From Pirellulales bacterium (GTDB lineage Bacteria; Planctomycetota; Planctomycetia; Pirellulales; UBA1268), in assembly GCA_040877375.1 (NCBI GenBank), contig JBBDNW010000177.1, positions 1,609-65,608 on the forward strand: a stretch of DNA of 64,000 bases, written 5' to 3'. The notes under the pieces are model-generated. The model was not told the origin of the DNA and ran no database searches. It saw nothing but the letters and a program-made list of their open reading frames with translations. Positions 30,361 through 38,490 of the stretch are shown piece after piece (the stretch's first letter is position 1; every line of letters begins with the position of its first letter). The position numbers and the translations under genes are program-made.

Positions 30361-31269
30361 GTGGTGAAGATCCATGGGGCGGGGGGCGTCCGCGGCCTGG
30401 AGTCGTATCAGTCGGGGATGCTGGTGTCGCCGGACGGCCGGATAGTGACCTCGATGAGCACCGTGCTCGATTCCGATGAGATCGATTGCGTGCTCGATGA
30501 CGGCCGGCGGTTTCGGGGCACGCTGGTGGGAGTCGATCCGCGGCGGGAGATCGCGCTGCTCACGATTCCCGCGACCGATCTCCCGGCCTTCACGCTCGAG
30601 GCTACCGACCGGGTGGTCGCCGGCACGCGGATCCTCGCGCTCTCAAACCTCTTCGCCGTGGCAGCAGGCGATGAACGGGTGAGCGTGCAGCGGGGCGTGG
30701 TGGCGGCGGTCGTGCCACTCGCGGCCCGGCGCGGCGCCGCGGAGGCTCCCTATACCGGCGACGTCTACGTGCTCGACTGTACGACCAATAATCCGGGATC
30801 GCCCGGTGGAGCGGTGGTCGACTCACGCGGGCGGCTTATCGGTATGCTTGGCAAGGAGCTGCGCTCGACGGCGGGCGGCATCTGGCTCAACTACGCGCTG
30901 CCCGTCGATGAAATCGCCCGCGGCTGTGAGGCGATCATGTCCGGCACCGCCGCAGAGCAGCCTGCTGGCAGGCCTCTGGAGTCGCTCGATCTGCGGGCCA
31001 TCGGCATCGTGCTCGTGCCGGATCTGATCGACCGCACGCCGCCCTTCGTCGAGTCGGTTGTCGCCGACTCCATCGCTGCGCAGGCGGGGCTCCGCGCCGA
31101 TGATCTCGTGATCGCCGTCGGGGCCGCGTCGGTGGCGTCTCGGGCGGCAGTGCAGCAGGCTGTCGGCGGAATTGAGCCGGGCGACCCGGTGCGGCTGTCT
31201 GTGATCCGCGATGGCGCCGTGGTTGAGTGCGACGTGGGCCCGCGGCCCCGGGGTCGGGAGAAGCTATGA
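30361..31269 (+). CDS. HtrA-like PDZ protein, catalytically degenerate; probable 5' extension to ATG 30255 across a frameshift
   Basis: The trypsin-fold pattern is retained, but TSMSTVL replaces TNxHVV and NNPGSPGGAVV replaces NPGNSGGPL. PDZ segment AAQAGLRADDLVIAVG. See the frameshift finding. Confidence 0.7.
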   Translation: MVKIHGAGGVRGLESYQSGMLVSPDGRIVTSMSTVLDSDEIDCVLDDGRRFRGTLVGVDPRREIALLTIPATDLPAFTLEATDRVVAGTRILALSNLFAVAAGDERVSVQRGVVAAVVPLAARRGAAEAPYTGDVYVLDCTTNNPGSPGGAVVDSRGRLIGMLGKELRSTAGGIWLNYALPVDEIARGCEAIMSGTAAEQPAGRPLESLDLRAIGIVLVPDLIDRTPPFVESVVADSIAAQAGLRADDLVIAVGAASVASRAAVQQAVGGIEPGDPVRLSVIRDGAVVECDVGPRPRGREKL

Positions 31270-33302
31270 GGTCTTTAGTGCAGCCACGTCGCAGCACAGG
31301 GCTCGCGGTCGCGGTGCAGTTGTTCCTGATGCGCGTGGCTGTCATGGCTGTCATGGCACTGGCGGCGCCGGCGGTTGGGGGGGAGCCGACCCTCGCCGAG
31401 GAGGCGGCCTTTCGCGCGGCGGTGGCCCGCGTGGCGGGGGCCGTCGTCCGCATCGAGCCCGCCGTGGGAACGCGGGCCACGCTTTCGGCGGCAGCCGAGG
31501 CCGGCGGCGCGTCGGGGCCGTCTACGGGGCTAGTCATCGATCCGGCGGGGCTCATTCTGGCGACCACGTTTGCCGTGCCTGAGGATGCGACGGAAGCGAT
31601 CGTCGTGCTTGCCGACGGTGAACGGCGGGCCGCGAAGCCGCGGGGCCGTGACCTTGCGCGGGGCATCGTGCTGCTCGAGACCACGCCACTTCCCACGGCA
31701 CCCGCGGTCGAGGCGGTGCCGCGCCGGGACCTCGCGCCGGGGCAGTGGACGATCGCGGTTGGTCGGGCCTGGACCGCGGCCGAACCGAGCGTCGCCGTCG
31801 GTATCCTGTCGGCCGTCGACCGCGGCTGGGGGCTCGCGGTGCAGACCGACGCATCCGTCTCGCCGATGAACTACGGCGGCCCGCTCGTCGATATCGCCGG
31901 CCGTGTGATCGGCATCCTCGCGCCGCTGCCGGCCGACACCGCGGGCATGAAGCTCGGCACCGAGCTCTACGACGCCGGCATCGGTTTCGCCGTGCCGCTC
32001 GAAGATCTGCTCCACGATCTGCCGCGGCTGGCCCGTGGTGAGTCGCTTGGTCGCGGAATCCTGGGCATCAGCTACCGCTCGCGTGACGAGATCAACGGCG
32101 AACCCGTGCTCGCATCGGTGCGGCAGGGGTCGCCCGCGGCCCGCGCGGGATTGCGGGCCGGCGATCGAATCGTGGAGATCGGAGGCCGGCCCGTGGCACG
32201 AATCGCCGATGTGCGTCATGGGCTCGTGCCACAGCACTCCGGCGACGAAGTCGAACTCGTGATCGAGCGGCAGGCAGCCGCCGGAGAGTCTGCGAGGCTG
32301 ACAGTGAAGGTGACCCTCGCCGCGGCGCTGCCGCCGTGGAGACGGGCCGTGCTCGGCATGACCGCGGTGCCAGAGGACGACGAGTCGGCACCCATGCAGG
32401 TGGCGTGGGTGTTGCCGGGCGGACCGGCCGACCGGGCGGGGCTCGCGGCGGGTGTCATCGTGACGTCGATCGGGGCGGTGACGGACGAGACGATTCCCCC
32501 GCTTGTGAAGCCATCGGCCACCGCGATTGCCGGGTTTCTCGCGGGCATGGAACCGGGGCAGCGAGTCCGGGTGACGGTGGAAGCGGACGGCACGCCGACG
32601 CAGGCCGAGCTGGAGTTGGCCGCGCTGCCCGGCGAGGTTCCTGATACCGGGCCGCCGTACGGGCCGACGATGGGCGACCCGCTGACAGGCCCGACCGATG
32701 CCGTGCGGGTTGTCCGGCTCGAGGCGGCGGAGATGGCCGACCCGCCGCTGGCGGTGATTCCTCGTGGCGGTCGGGATGCGGTCGCCGTGCTCGTTTACCT
32801 CGGGCTCCCGCATGGACCGGTCGCGGACGACGAGGCGACGAGGTGGAAGGCAGCCGTTGCTGAATCGGGCGTGGCCATCATCCTGCCCGGATCATCAGAC
32901 AATCGCCAGTGGAGTCGCGACGACATCCCCGCAGTGCTCCGCTCCCTCCAGTCGCTGCATGCGAAGCGGCCCATCGACCCGGCCCGCGTGGCAGTCGCCG
33001 GCAGTGGGGCAGGGGGGGCGTTTGCCTGGCTCGTCGCCGAACGGCTTGGCGCCGCGTGCCGTGGCATCGCGATCGTCGATGCCACCATGCCCCGAGCGTT
33101 CACGATCGAGCCCTCGCAGCCGGGCGACTCGCAGTGGATCCTGCTGGGAGCGGGGAGCGAATCGCTCCAGCGGCGTCTGGAAGACGACCGGCGGCGACTC
33201 GAGCGGGCCGGATATCCCGTCGGTTCGCTCGTGGTCAACGCCGATGAAACGGCGTCTGCCACGGTCCTTTCTCGGTGGGCGTCGCTATTAGGACTTCTCT
33301 GA
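31266..33302 (+). CDS. HtrA-like pseudoprotease with two PDZ domains and an alpha/beta-hydrolase-like C-terminal region
   Basis: ATGA-coupled start (MRSLVQPRR..., signal peptide). ATTFAV replaces TNxHV and VQTDASVSPMNYGGPLVD replaces TDAAINPGNSGGPL. PDZ segments SPAARAGLRAGDRIVEIGG and GPADRAGLAAGVIVTSIG. C-terminal VAVAGSGAGGAFAW. Confidence 0.75.
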   Translation: MRSLVQPRRSTGLAVAVQLFLMRVAVMAVMALAAPAVGGEPTLAEEAAFRAAVARVAGAVVRIEPAVGTRATLSAAAEAGGASGPSTGLVIDPAGLILATTFAVPEDATEAIVVLADGERRAAKPRGRDLARGIVLLETTPLPTAPAVEAVPRRDLAPGQWTIAVGRAWTAAEPSVAVGILSAVDRGWGLAVQTDASVSPMNYGGPLVDIAGRVIGILAPLPADTAGMKLGTELYDAGIGFAVPLEDLLHDLPRLARGESLGRGILGISYRSRDEINGEPVLASVRQGSPAARAGLRAGDRIVEIGGRPVARIADVRHGLVPQHSGDEVELVIERQAAAGESARLTVKVTLAAALPPWRRAVLGMTAVPEDDESAPMQVAWVLPGGPADRAGLAAGVIVTSIGAVTDETIPPLVKPSATAIAGFLAGMEPGQRVRVTVEADGTPTQAELELAALPGEVPDTGPPYGPTMGDPLTGPTDAVRVVRLEAAEMADPPLAVIPRGGRDAVAVLVYLGLPHGPVADDEATRWKAAVAESGVAIILPGSSDNRQWSRDDIPAVLRSLQSLHAKRPIDPARVAVAGSGAGGAFAWLVAERLGAACRGIAIVDATMPRAFTIEPSQPGDSQWILLGAGSESLQRRLEDDRRRLERAGYPVGSLVVNADETASATVLSRWASLLGLL

Positions 33303-33331
33303 TCGCGCGACCACTTTCCCCACTGCTGGCC

Positions 33332-34039
33332 ATGGACGGCCGCCTTGCCTCGGGCCTCCGCATCGTCTTTATCGACAACGACCTGATCGTCGTCGACAAG
33401 CCGTCGGGCATGCCGAGTGTTCCCGCTCGCACGCCGCTCGATCCACCCGACGTCGCCCGCGTGCTCGCGGCCTCCTACGGCCCGCTCGAGGCGGTGCACC
33501 GGCTCGACCGCGACACGTCGGGTCTGATCGTGCTGGCGCGGTCCCGCGAGGTACGGCGGCTCCTGGGACGAGCCTTCGAGGTGGGGACTATTTCGAAGCG
33601 GTATCTCGCGGTCGTGCACGGCACGCCGCCGGCCGATGAGGGCACGATTCATCTTCCGCTGGCCGATGATCCTGGCCGCGGGCCGCGGAAGCGGGTCGAC
33701 CCGATCGGCGGACGTCGGGCGACGACGCGGTGGTGGATCCGTGCGCGGCGTGCCGCAGGCTCAACAGCAGGCTGCGGCGACCTGCTCACGCTGGTCGAAC
33801 TCGAACCCGTGACCGGCCGGTCGCACCAACTCCGCGTGCATCTCGCTTGGCTCGGATGTCCGTTGGTCAACGACCGTCTCTACGGCCGCGGAGTGGACGG
33901 CCCGCTGGCGCTGCAGGCGATGTCGATCGCATTTTCCCATCCGCGGACGGCCGTCCCCCTGTCGCTGTCGGTCGCTCCCGCCGTGGGACCTCCCTGGTCA
34001 TCGTTTACGCTGGGGTCGGCATCAGCGCCGAGCGGCTGA
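33332..34039 (+). CDS. RluA-family pseudouridine synthase
   Basis: DNDLIVVDKPSGMPSVP and HRLDRDTSGLIVLARS (catalytic Asp motif). Start taken at ATG 33332 rather than the track's 33275. Confidence 0.85.
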   Translation: MDGRLASGLRIVFIDNDLIVVDKPSGMPSVPARTPLDPPDVARVLAASYGPLEAVHRLDRDTSGLIVLARSREVRRLLGRAFEVGTISKRYLAVVHGTPPADEGTIHLPLADDPGRGPRKRVDPIGGRRATTRWWIRARRAAGSTAGCGDLLTLVELEPVTGRSHQLRVHLAWLGCPLVNDRLYGRGVDGPLALQAMSIAFSHPRTAVPLSLSVAPAVGPPWSSFTLGSASAPSG

Positions 34040-35321
34040 CCTGCTGCCAGTAGCGGGAAAACCGCCCGAGGTCGGTCACCCGCGAGCGATCGCAGAAGGT
34101 TGGCCACGGTACCGTCCGCATTGGGAGCGCGGCCGCGATCGCCTCGGCGGCCGTTCGTGTCCGCGGGCATGACGTCTCGGCTACGGCGACCGCATCGCAG
34201 GCGAGGGCGGCCGCCCGCGTCGGGACCACCGTCCGCGGATCACCCGCGACGATCTCGACGCCGGGTACATCCGCGAGGCACTCAAACAGAAACACGAGCC
34301 GCTTGAGCGACGGGCGTTCCTCCGTGAGCCACGCGTTGTCGACGACAAACAGCCGGGGCGACTCCGGGAAAGCCGCGGCCGCCGGGCTCGTCGCCGCAGC
34401 GGAGTCGAGTGTCAGCCAGACGAGCGGCCGCACGGCCGGAGCGGCGCGGGCCGCCGGCTGCCGGGGCTTGATCCGGAGTGGCGGCCTGGAGATCGCAACG
34501 CCGCCTGCCACGAACAAGCGGTCGGCGAGGTCTTCGTAGGTTCCCTCCACGTCGCATGCACCAAGCACGGGGCAACTGCGGCAGTGCTCCCCGGCGGTAA
34601 ACGACTCGAGATTCTCCCGATTGAAAATGTAAGGCTTCGCGGAGAACGTGCCAGCGACCCATTGCCACGAGAGGTGGTTGCTCGCCGGATCACCGTCGAG
34701 CAGGTGTTCGAGAAACCAGTCGGCGCCGGCCCGCCAGCGGACGCCGCGGGCATGCACCAGCCACGAGGCGAGCCACATGCGTTCGTGGTTGTGCAGCCAG
34801 CCGGTCTCGTGCAGTCTCTGCACGAACCGGTCGATGCAGCGCATGCCGGTGCGGGCTTCGAGGACGTCGTCGGGCAGGCGGTCGAGCGGGGGAATCTTCG
34901 ACGCCGCGGCGGGCTGTTCGATGTCCCGGTTGATCGCGTCGCCGAGCGCCAGCTGGACCTGCCGCCAGTAGTCCCGCCAGCCGAGTTCCGACACGAGCTT
35001 CGTGGCCTGCTCGGGTCGGTCGACACGGGCGAGCGCGGCGTCACGGACCTCCGCGAGTGCGAGCACACCGTGTCGAATCCAGGGCGAGAGCATAGTCACC
35101 GCACCCGAGACGTGGTTGCGGGTGCGCTCGTAGGCGACCGGGTCGATCGCGGCCAGCCTTTCGAGGGCGGCCCGGCGGCCACCGCGGACGGCGGCCGCCG
35201 GCAGGCTGCGCCCCGGCCCTGACGTAGCCTCGGGAAAGGCCGCCGCGAGGGCCTCCGTGAGCTCATCACGAGGCATGCCGACGAGCGGCGTGAGATCCGT
35301 CGCCAAAGGTTTGTCGCCCAC
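34005..35321 (-). CDS. photolyase/cryptochrome-related FAD-binding protein with apparently permuted domain order
   Basis: N-terminal half carries FAD-domain motifs: MLSPWIRHG, LGWRDYW, TGWLHNHERMWLASWL, DGDPASNHLSWQWVAG, KPY. C-terminal ~170 aa resemble the photolyase alpha/beta domain (LVWLTLDS...RLFVVD...KRLVFLFECL). Confidence 0.75.
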   Translation of the reverse strand: MGDKPLATDLTPLVGMPRDELTEALAAAFPEATSGPGRSLPAAAVRGGRRAALERLAAIDPVAYERTRNHVSGAVTMLSPWIRHGVLALAEVRDAALARVDRPEQATKLVSELGWRDYWRQVQLALGDAINRDIEQPAAASKIPPLDRLPDDVLEARTGMRCIDRFVQRLHETGWLHNHERMWLASWLVHARGVRWRAGADWFLEHLLDGDPASNHLSWQWVAGTFSAKPYIFNRENLESFTAGEHCRSCPVLGACDVEGTYEDLADRLFVAGGVAISRPPLRIKPRQPAARAAPAVRPLVWLTLDSAAATSPAAAAFPESPRLFVVDNAWLTEERPSLKRLVFLFECLADVPGVEIVAGDPRTVVPTRAAALACDAVAVAETSCPRTRTAAEAIAAALPMRTVPWPTFCDRSRVTDLGRFSRYWQQVSRSALMPTPA

Positions 35322-35809
35322 ACGAATCTCCCTGGAAGTTGTCGGCTCGGTTCATGGCGTGAGCCTGCTGGCACCGTAGCCGTCTGCTGCGACCATGGGC
35401 AGTCCCTTGCCGGGAAACTGCGCTCGGCTCCTCCCGCCGCGGGAGAAGTAACGGTGGCCGCGGTCACCGTGAACATCGCTTAATTGGCGGCGAAACGCCA
35501 TCTGAGCCACGTCGCCATTGCCCCCCGTCGGGCACGGCATGGGGTTTGCTTCCTTATGAGTTGTCGCTCACGTGCCACGTGGGTCGGTGCGGCCGGCCCG
35601 CCGCTGCGGTTTGCGCCCGCCTCTGGCATACCGTCCGCAAGGATGCCGCACACGGTCTGGGTGGGTAATCCGCCTTACTCGCCCAGGCCGCGGCATGCGG
35701 CCACGCAGTGGCCCCCCACGGCGCTGAAATCGTCCCGCGGTTGGTGTGGGCGGCGGAGCGCGAGTAGCCTTGCGGCTGCTCTGCACAGCACGCGTCCGGG
35801 AAGCCGCAT

Positions 35810-36157
35810 GTGAAACTCATTATCGCGATCATCCAGCCAGGCAAACTCGAGAGCGTCAAGCAGGCACTCTCGGAAGTCGAGGTGTTTCGGCTCACGGTGC
35901 TCGACGTGCAGGGTTTCGGCCGACAGCGCGGCCACGCGGAGACGTACCGCGGCCATGAGATCTCGGTGAACCTGTTGCGGAAAGTGCAGCTCCAGATCGC
36001 CGTCAACGACGACTTCGTCGAGCCGACGATCGCGGCGATCGTGAAGGGTGGCCGATCTGGTGAGCTCGGTGAGATTGGCGACGGGAAGATCTTCGTTCTT
36101 CCCATGGATGAGTGCGTCCGCATCCGCACCGGCGAGCGCGGCGGCGAGGCGATCTAA
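35810..36157 (+). CDS. glnB: nitrogen regulatory protein P-II
   Basis: GTG start. MKLIIAIIQPGKLESVK...GFGRQRGHAETYRGHE (T-loop Tyr) ...IGDGKIFV...RIRTGE. Confidence 0.9.
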   Translation: MKLIIAIIQPGKLESVKQALSEVEVFRLTVLDVQGFGRQRGHAETYRGHEISVNLLRKVQLQIAVNDDFVEPTIAAIVKGGRSGELGEIGDGKIFVLPMDECVRIRTGERGGEAI

Positions 36158-36194
36158 CGCCTTCCGTTCAGGCTGCCTGCGAGTTCGGCGATGC

Positions 36195-36440
36195 CTGCCG
36201 TCAGGAAGCCCCAAGCGCAATCGCGGGGACTACGGGCGGCCTCGAGACGATGCCGGATTGGTTCGCCGGCGGTGGCATGCTCGCCGCCGGGGGATTTTGC
36301 TACAGGATGCTCGCTTGGCCGACGGGGCATTGCTCGTGAGTCGCAAAGATTCCCCGGCGTCTGCGCGTGCCTCCGACCGGCTCCTCACGATCGGGAGAGT
36401 GTGTCTCCCGACAGGAAGCCCCAAGCGCGAGCGCGAGGCG
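36195..36440. repeat. two partial copies of the 27-nt core repeat with flanks
   Basis: GGAAGCCCCAAGCGCAATCGCGGGGA at 36204-36229 and GGAAGCCCCAAGCGCGAGCGCGAGG at 36414-36438. Both are preceded by a (c)tcccg(t/a)ca flank, as in family B. Confidence 0.8.
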
Positions 36441-36444
36441 TCTG

Positions 36445-38019
36445 TCATGGCCGCTGCGGGTGGAGGCGGGGCGTCGCGCCGAGGGCGAGGCGATTGGTGG
36501 CGGCGAGGAAGGCCTTCGCCGAGGCTTCGAGCGAGTCGGTCGAGACGCCGCGGCCACGTTGCATCTGGCCCGCGTGCTCCAACTCCACCGTCACCTCGGC
36601 CTGCGCGTCCTTGCCGACCGTTACCGCCTGCACGCGGAAGTCGCGGCACACGGTCGTGATCCCGGTGAGTTTCTCGATTGCCAGGAAGATCCCGTCGATT
36701 GGGCCGTCACCCGCCGTGATCGACACCGACTTGGGCACGCCCTCCTGATGCACCCGCAGCGTCACCGTGGGTGCGGAGCCGGAATCGCTCGAGAGACTGT
36801 AGCCCTCGTAGACGAACTGCTCTGGGAGCGTTGAAAACTGCTGCTCGCAGAGCGCGGCGACGTCGCCGTCGTAGATCTCCTTCTTCCGGTCGGCCAGCAG
36901 CTTGAATCGCTCGAACACCGTCTGCAGCTGCTCGGGCGTGAGCTGGTAGCCGAGGGCTTTCGCCCGATCAGCGAGTGCCGCGCGGCCGCTGTGCTTGCCC
37001 AGCACGAGGTCGGTTCGCTCCAGCCCCACGTCCTCGGGCCGCATGATCTCGTAGGTCCGCCGCTCCTTGAGCATGCCGTCCTGGTGGATGCCCGCCTCGT
37101 GGGCAAAGGCATTGCGACCGACGATCGCCTTGTTGCGAGGCACCTGAATGCCGGTGATGTTGGCCACCAGGCGGCTGGTGGGCACGAGCTTCTGGGTGTT
37201 GATGCGCGTGTCGCAGTTGTAGTGATCGCCGCGTGTCCGCAACGCCATCACGACCTCCTCCAGCGAGCAGTTGCCCGCTCGCTCGCCGATCCCGTTGATC
37301 GTGCACTCGATCTGCCCCGCCCCTGCCTCCACGGCCGCGAGGCTGTTGGCCACGGCAAGGCCAAGGTCGTCGTGGCAGTGGGTGCTGATCACCGCCTTGT
37401 CGATGTTGGGCACCCGGTCCACAAGGCTCTTGATCACGCGGTGCATCTGCATCGGCGTCGCGTAGCCCACGGTATCGGGAATGTTGACGGTCGTGGCACC
37501 GGCCGCGATCACCGCCTCGACCACGCGGCAGAGGAAGTCGATCTCGGTCCGGGCCGCATCCTCGGGAGAGAACTCAACGTCTCCGCAGAGCGTGCGAGCC
37601 CGGCTCACGCCGGCGACGGCCCGGGCAAGCACCTCGTCTTCGTTCATCCGCAGTTTGAACTCGCGGTGGATCGAACTCGTGGCGAGAAACACGTGGATTC
37701 GCGGCTGGCGGGCATGCTGGAGGGCTTCCCAGGCGCGATCGATGTCGGCGTCGTTGCAGCGGGCCAGGCCGCAGATGGTGGCCCCCGACACGGCTCCCGC
37801 GATGTCGCGAACACTCGCGAAGTCGCCAGGCGAGGCGATCGGGAAGCCCGCTTCGATCACGTCAACGCCGAGCGACACCAGCGCCTGCGCGATCTCCATT
37901 TTCTCGGTCAGGTTCATGCTCGCGCCGGGCGATTGCTCGCCGTCGCGGAGCGTGGTGTCGAAGATCCGGATGGTGCGGGGCGTGGTCATGGGAGGGTCCG
38001 TGGTGGCGGCGGTGGGCAC
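36445..38019 (-). CDS. leuA: 2-isopropylmalate synthase
   Basis: [32 protein letters not shown] and a C-terminal LeuA dimerisation/regulatory region. 524 aa. Confidence 0.95.
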   Translation of the reverse strand: MPTAATTDPPMTTPRTIRIFDTTLRDGEQSPGASMNLTEKMEIAQALVSLGVDVIEAGFPIASPGDFASVRDIAGAVSGATICGLARCNDADIDRAWEALQHARQPRIHVFLATSSIHREFKLRMNEDEVLARAVAGVSRARTLCGDVEFSPEDAARTEIDFLCRVVEAVIAAGATTVNIPDTVGYATPMQMHRVIKSLVDRVPNIDKAVISTHCHDDLGLAVANSLAAVEAGAGQIECTINGIGERAGNCSLEEVVMALRTRGDHYNCDTRINTQKLVPTSRLVANITGIQVPRNKAIVGRNAFAHEAGIHQDGMLKERRTYEIMRPEDVGLERTDLVLGKHSGRAALADRAKALGYQLTPEQLQTVFERFKLLADRKKEIYDGDVAALCEQQFSTLPEQFVYEGYSLSSDSGSAPTVTLRVHQEGVPKSVSITAGDGPIDGIFLAIEKLTGITTVCRDFRVQAVTVGKDAQAEVTVELEHAGQMQRGRGVSTDSLEASAKAFLAATNRLALGATPRLHPQRP

Positions 38020-38190
38020 GCCGATGCCGGGAGGGCAGGGGCGGCAGGCCGACGATCACCCATCGTAGCCGGCGATTTCGCCGCCGGCACCCCGCCACCT
38101 CAGCCCCCCGTCGGCCGTGGTGTTTTGTAGACTCGGATGGCTTGATGACATGGCTTATGTCTACCGGCCCCATGAAGGAGCACCACCAGG

Positions 38191-38490
38191 ATGACGCTGC
38201 GCGAGTTCCAGGACCTGATCCGCACGATGTATCACGAGAAGGACGCATCGCGCGGCGTGGAGGGGACCTTCATGTGGCTGACTGAGGAGATCGGCGAACT
38301 GGCCACCGCGCTTCGGAGCGGAACCCACGACGAGCAGTCGCTCGAGTTTGCCGACGTGCTCGCATGGCTGGCCACGATCGCCAACGTGGTGGGTGTCGAC
38401 CTCGACGAGGCAGTTCGCCGCAAGTACGGCACCGGCTGCCCTGGGTGCGGGCAGTTTGCCTGTAGTTGCCCCGACGCGGAGAAGCCATGA
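38191..38490 (+). CDS. MazG-like nucleotide pyrophosphohydrolase domain protein (99 aa)
   Basis: WLTEEIGELATAL....EFADVLAWLATIANVVGVDLDEAV is the EExxE/D all-alpha NTP-PPase pattern. Cys-rich tail CPGCGQFACSC. Confidence 0.75.
   Translation: MTLREFQDLIRTMYHEKDASRGVEGTFMWLTEEIGELATALRSGTHDEQSLEFADVLAWLATIANVVGVDLDEAVRRKYGTGCPGCGQFACSCPDAEKP

Noticed and set aside
29733-30479. A 248-aa ORF overlapping the end of the first protease gene, considered as an independent gene.
   Set aside because: Only its segment from ATG 30255 (signal peptide) looks meaningful. The upstream part is the alternative frame of the protease gene. I interpret it as the displaced 5' end of the second protease gene.
31266-33302. 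Calling the C-terminal region of the third HtrA paralog an active esterase.
   Set aside because: The putative nucleophile elbow reads AGSGAGG, which is not a clean G-x-S-x-G. Only the overall alpha/beta-hydrolase-like pattern is visible, so no catalytic claim is made.
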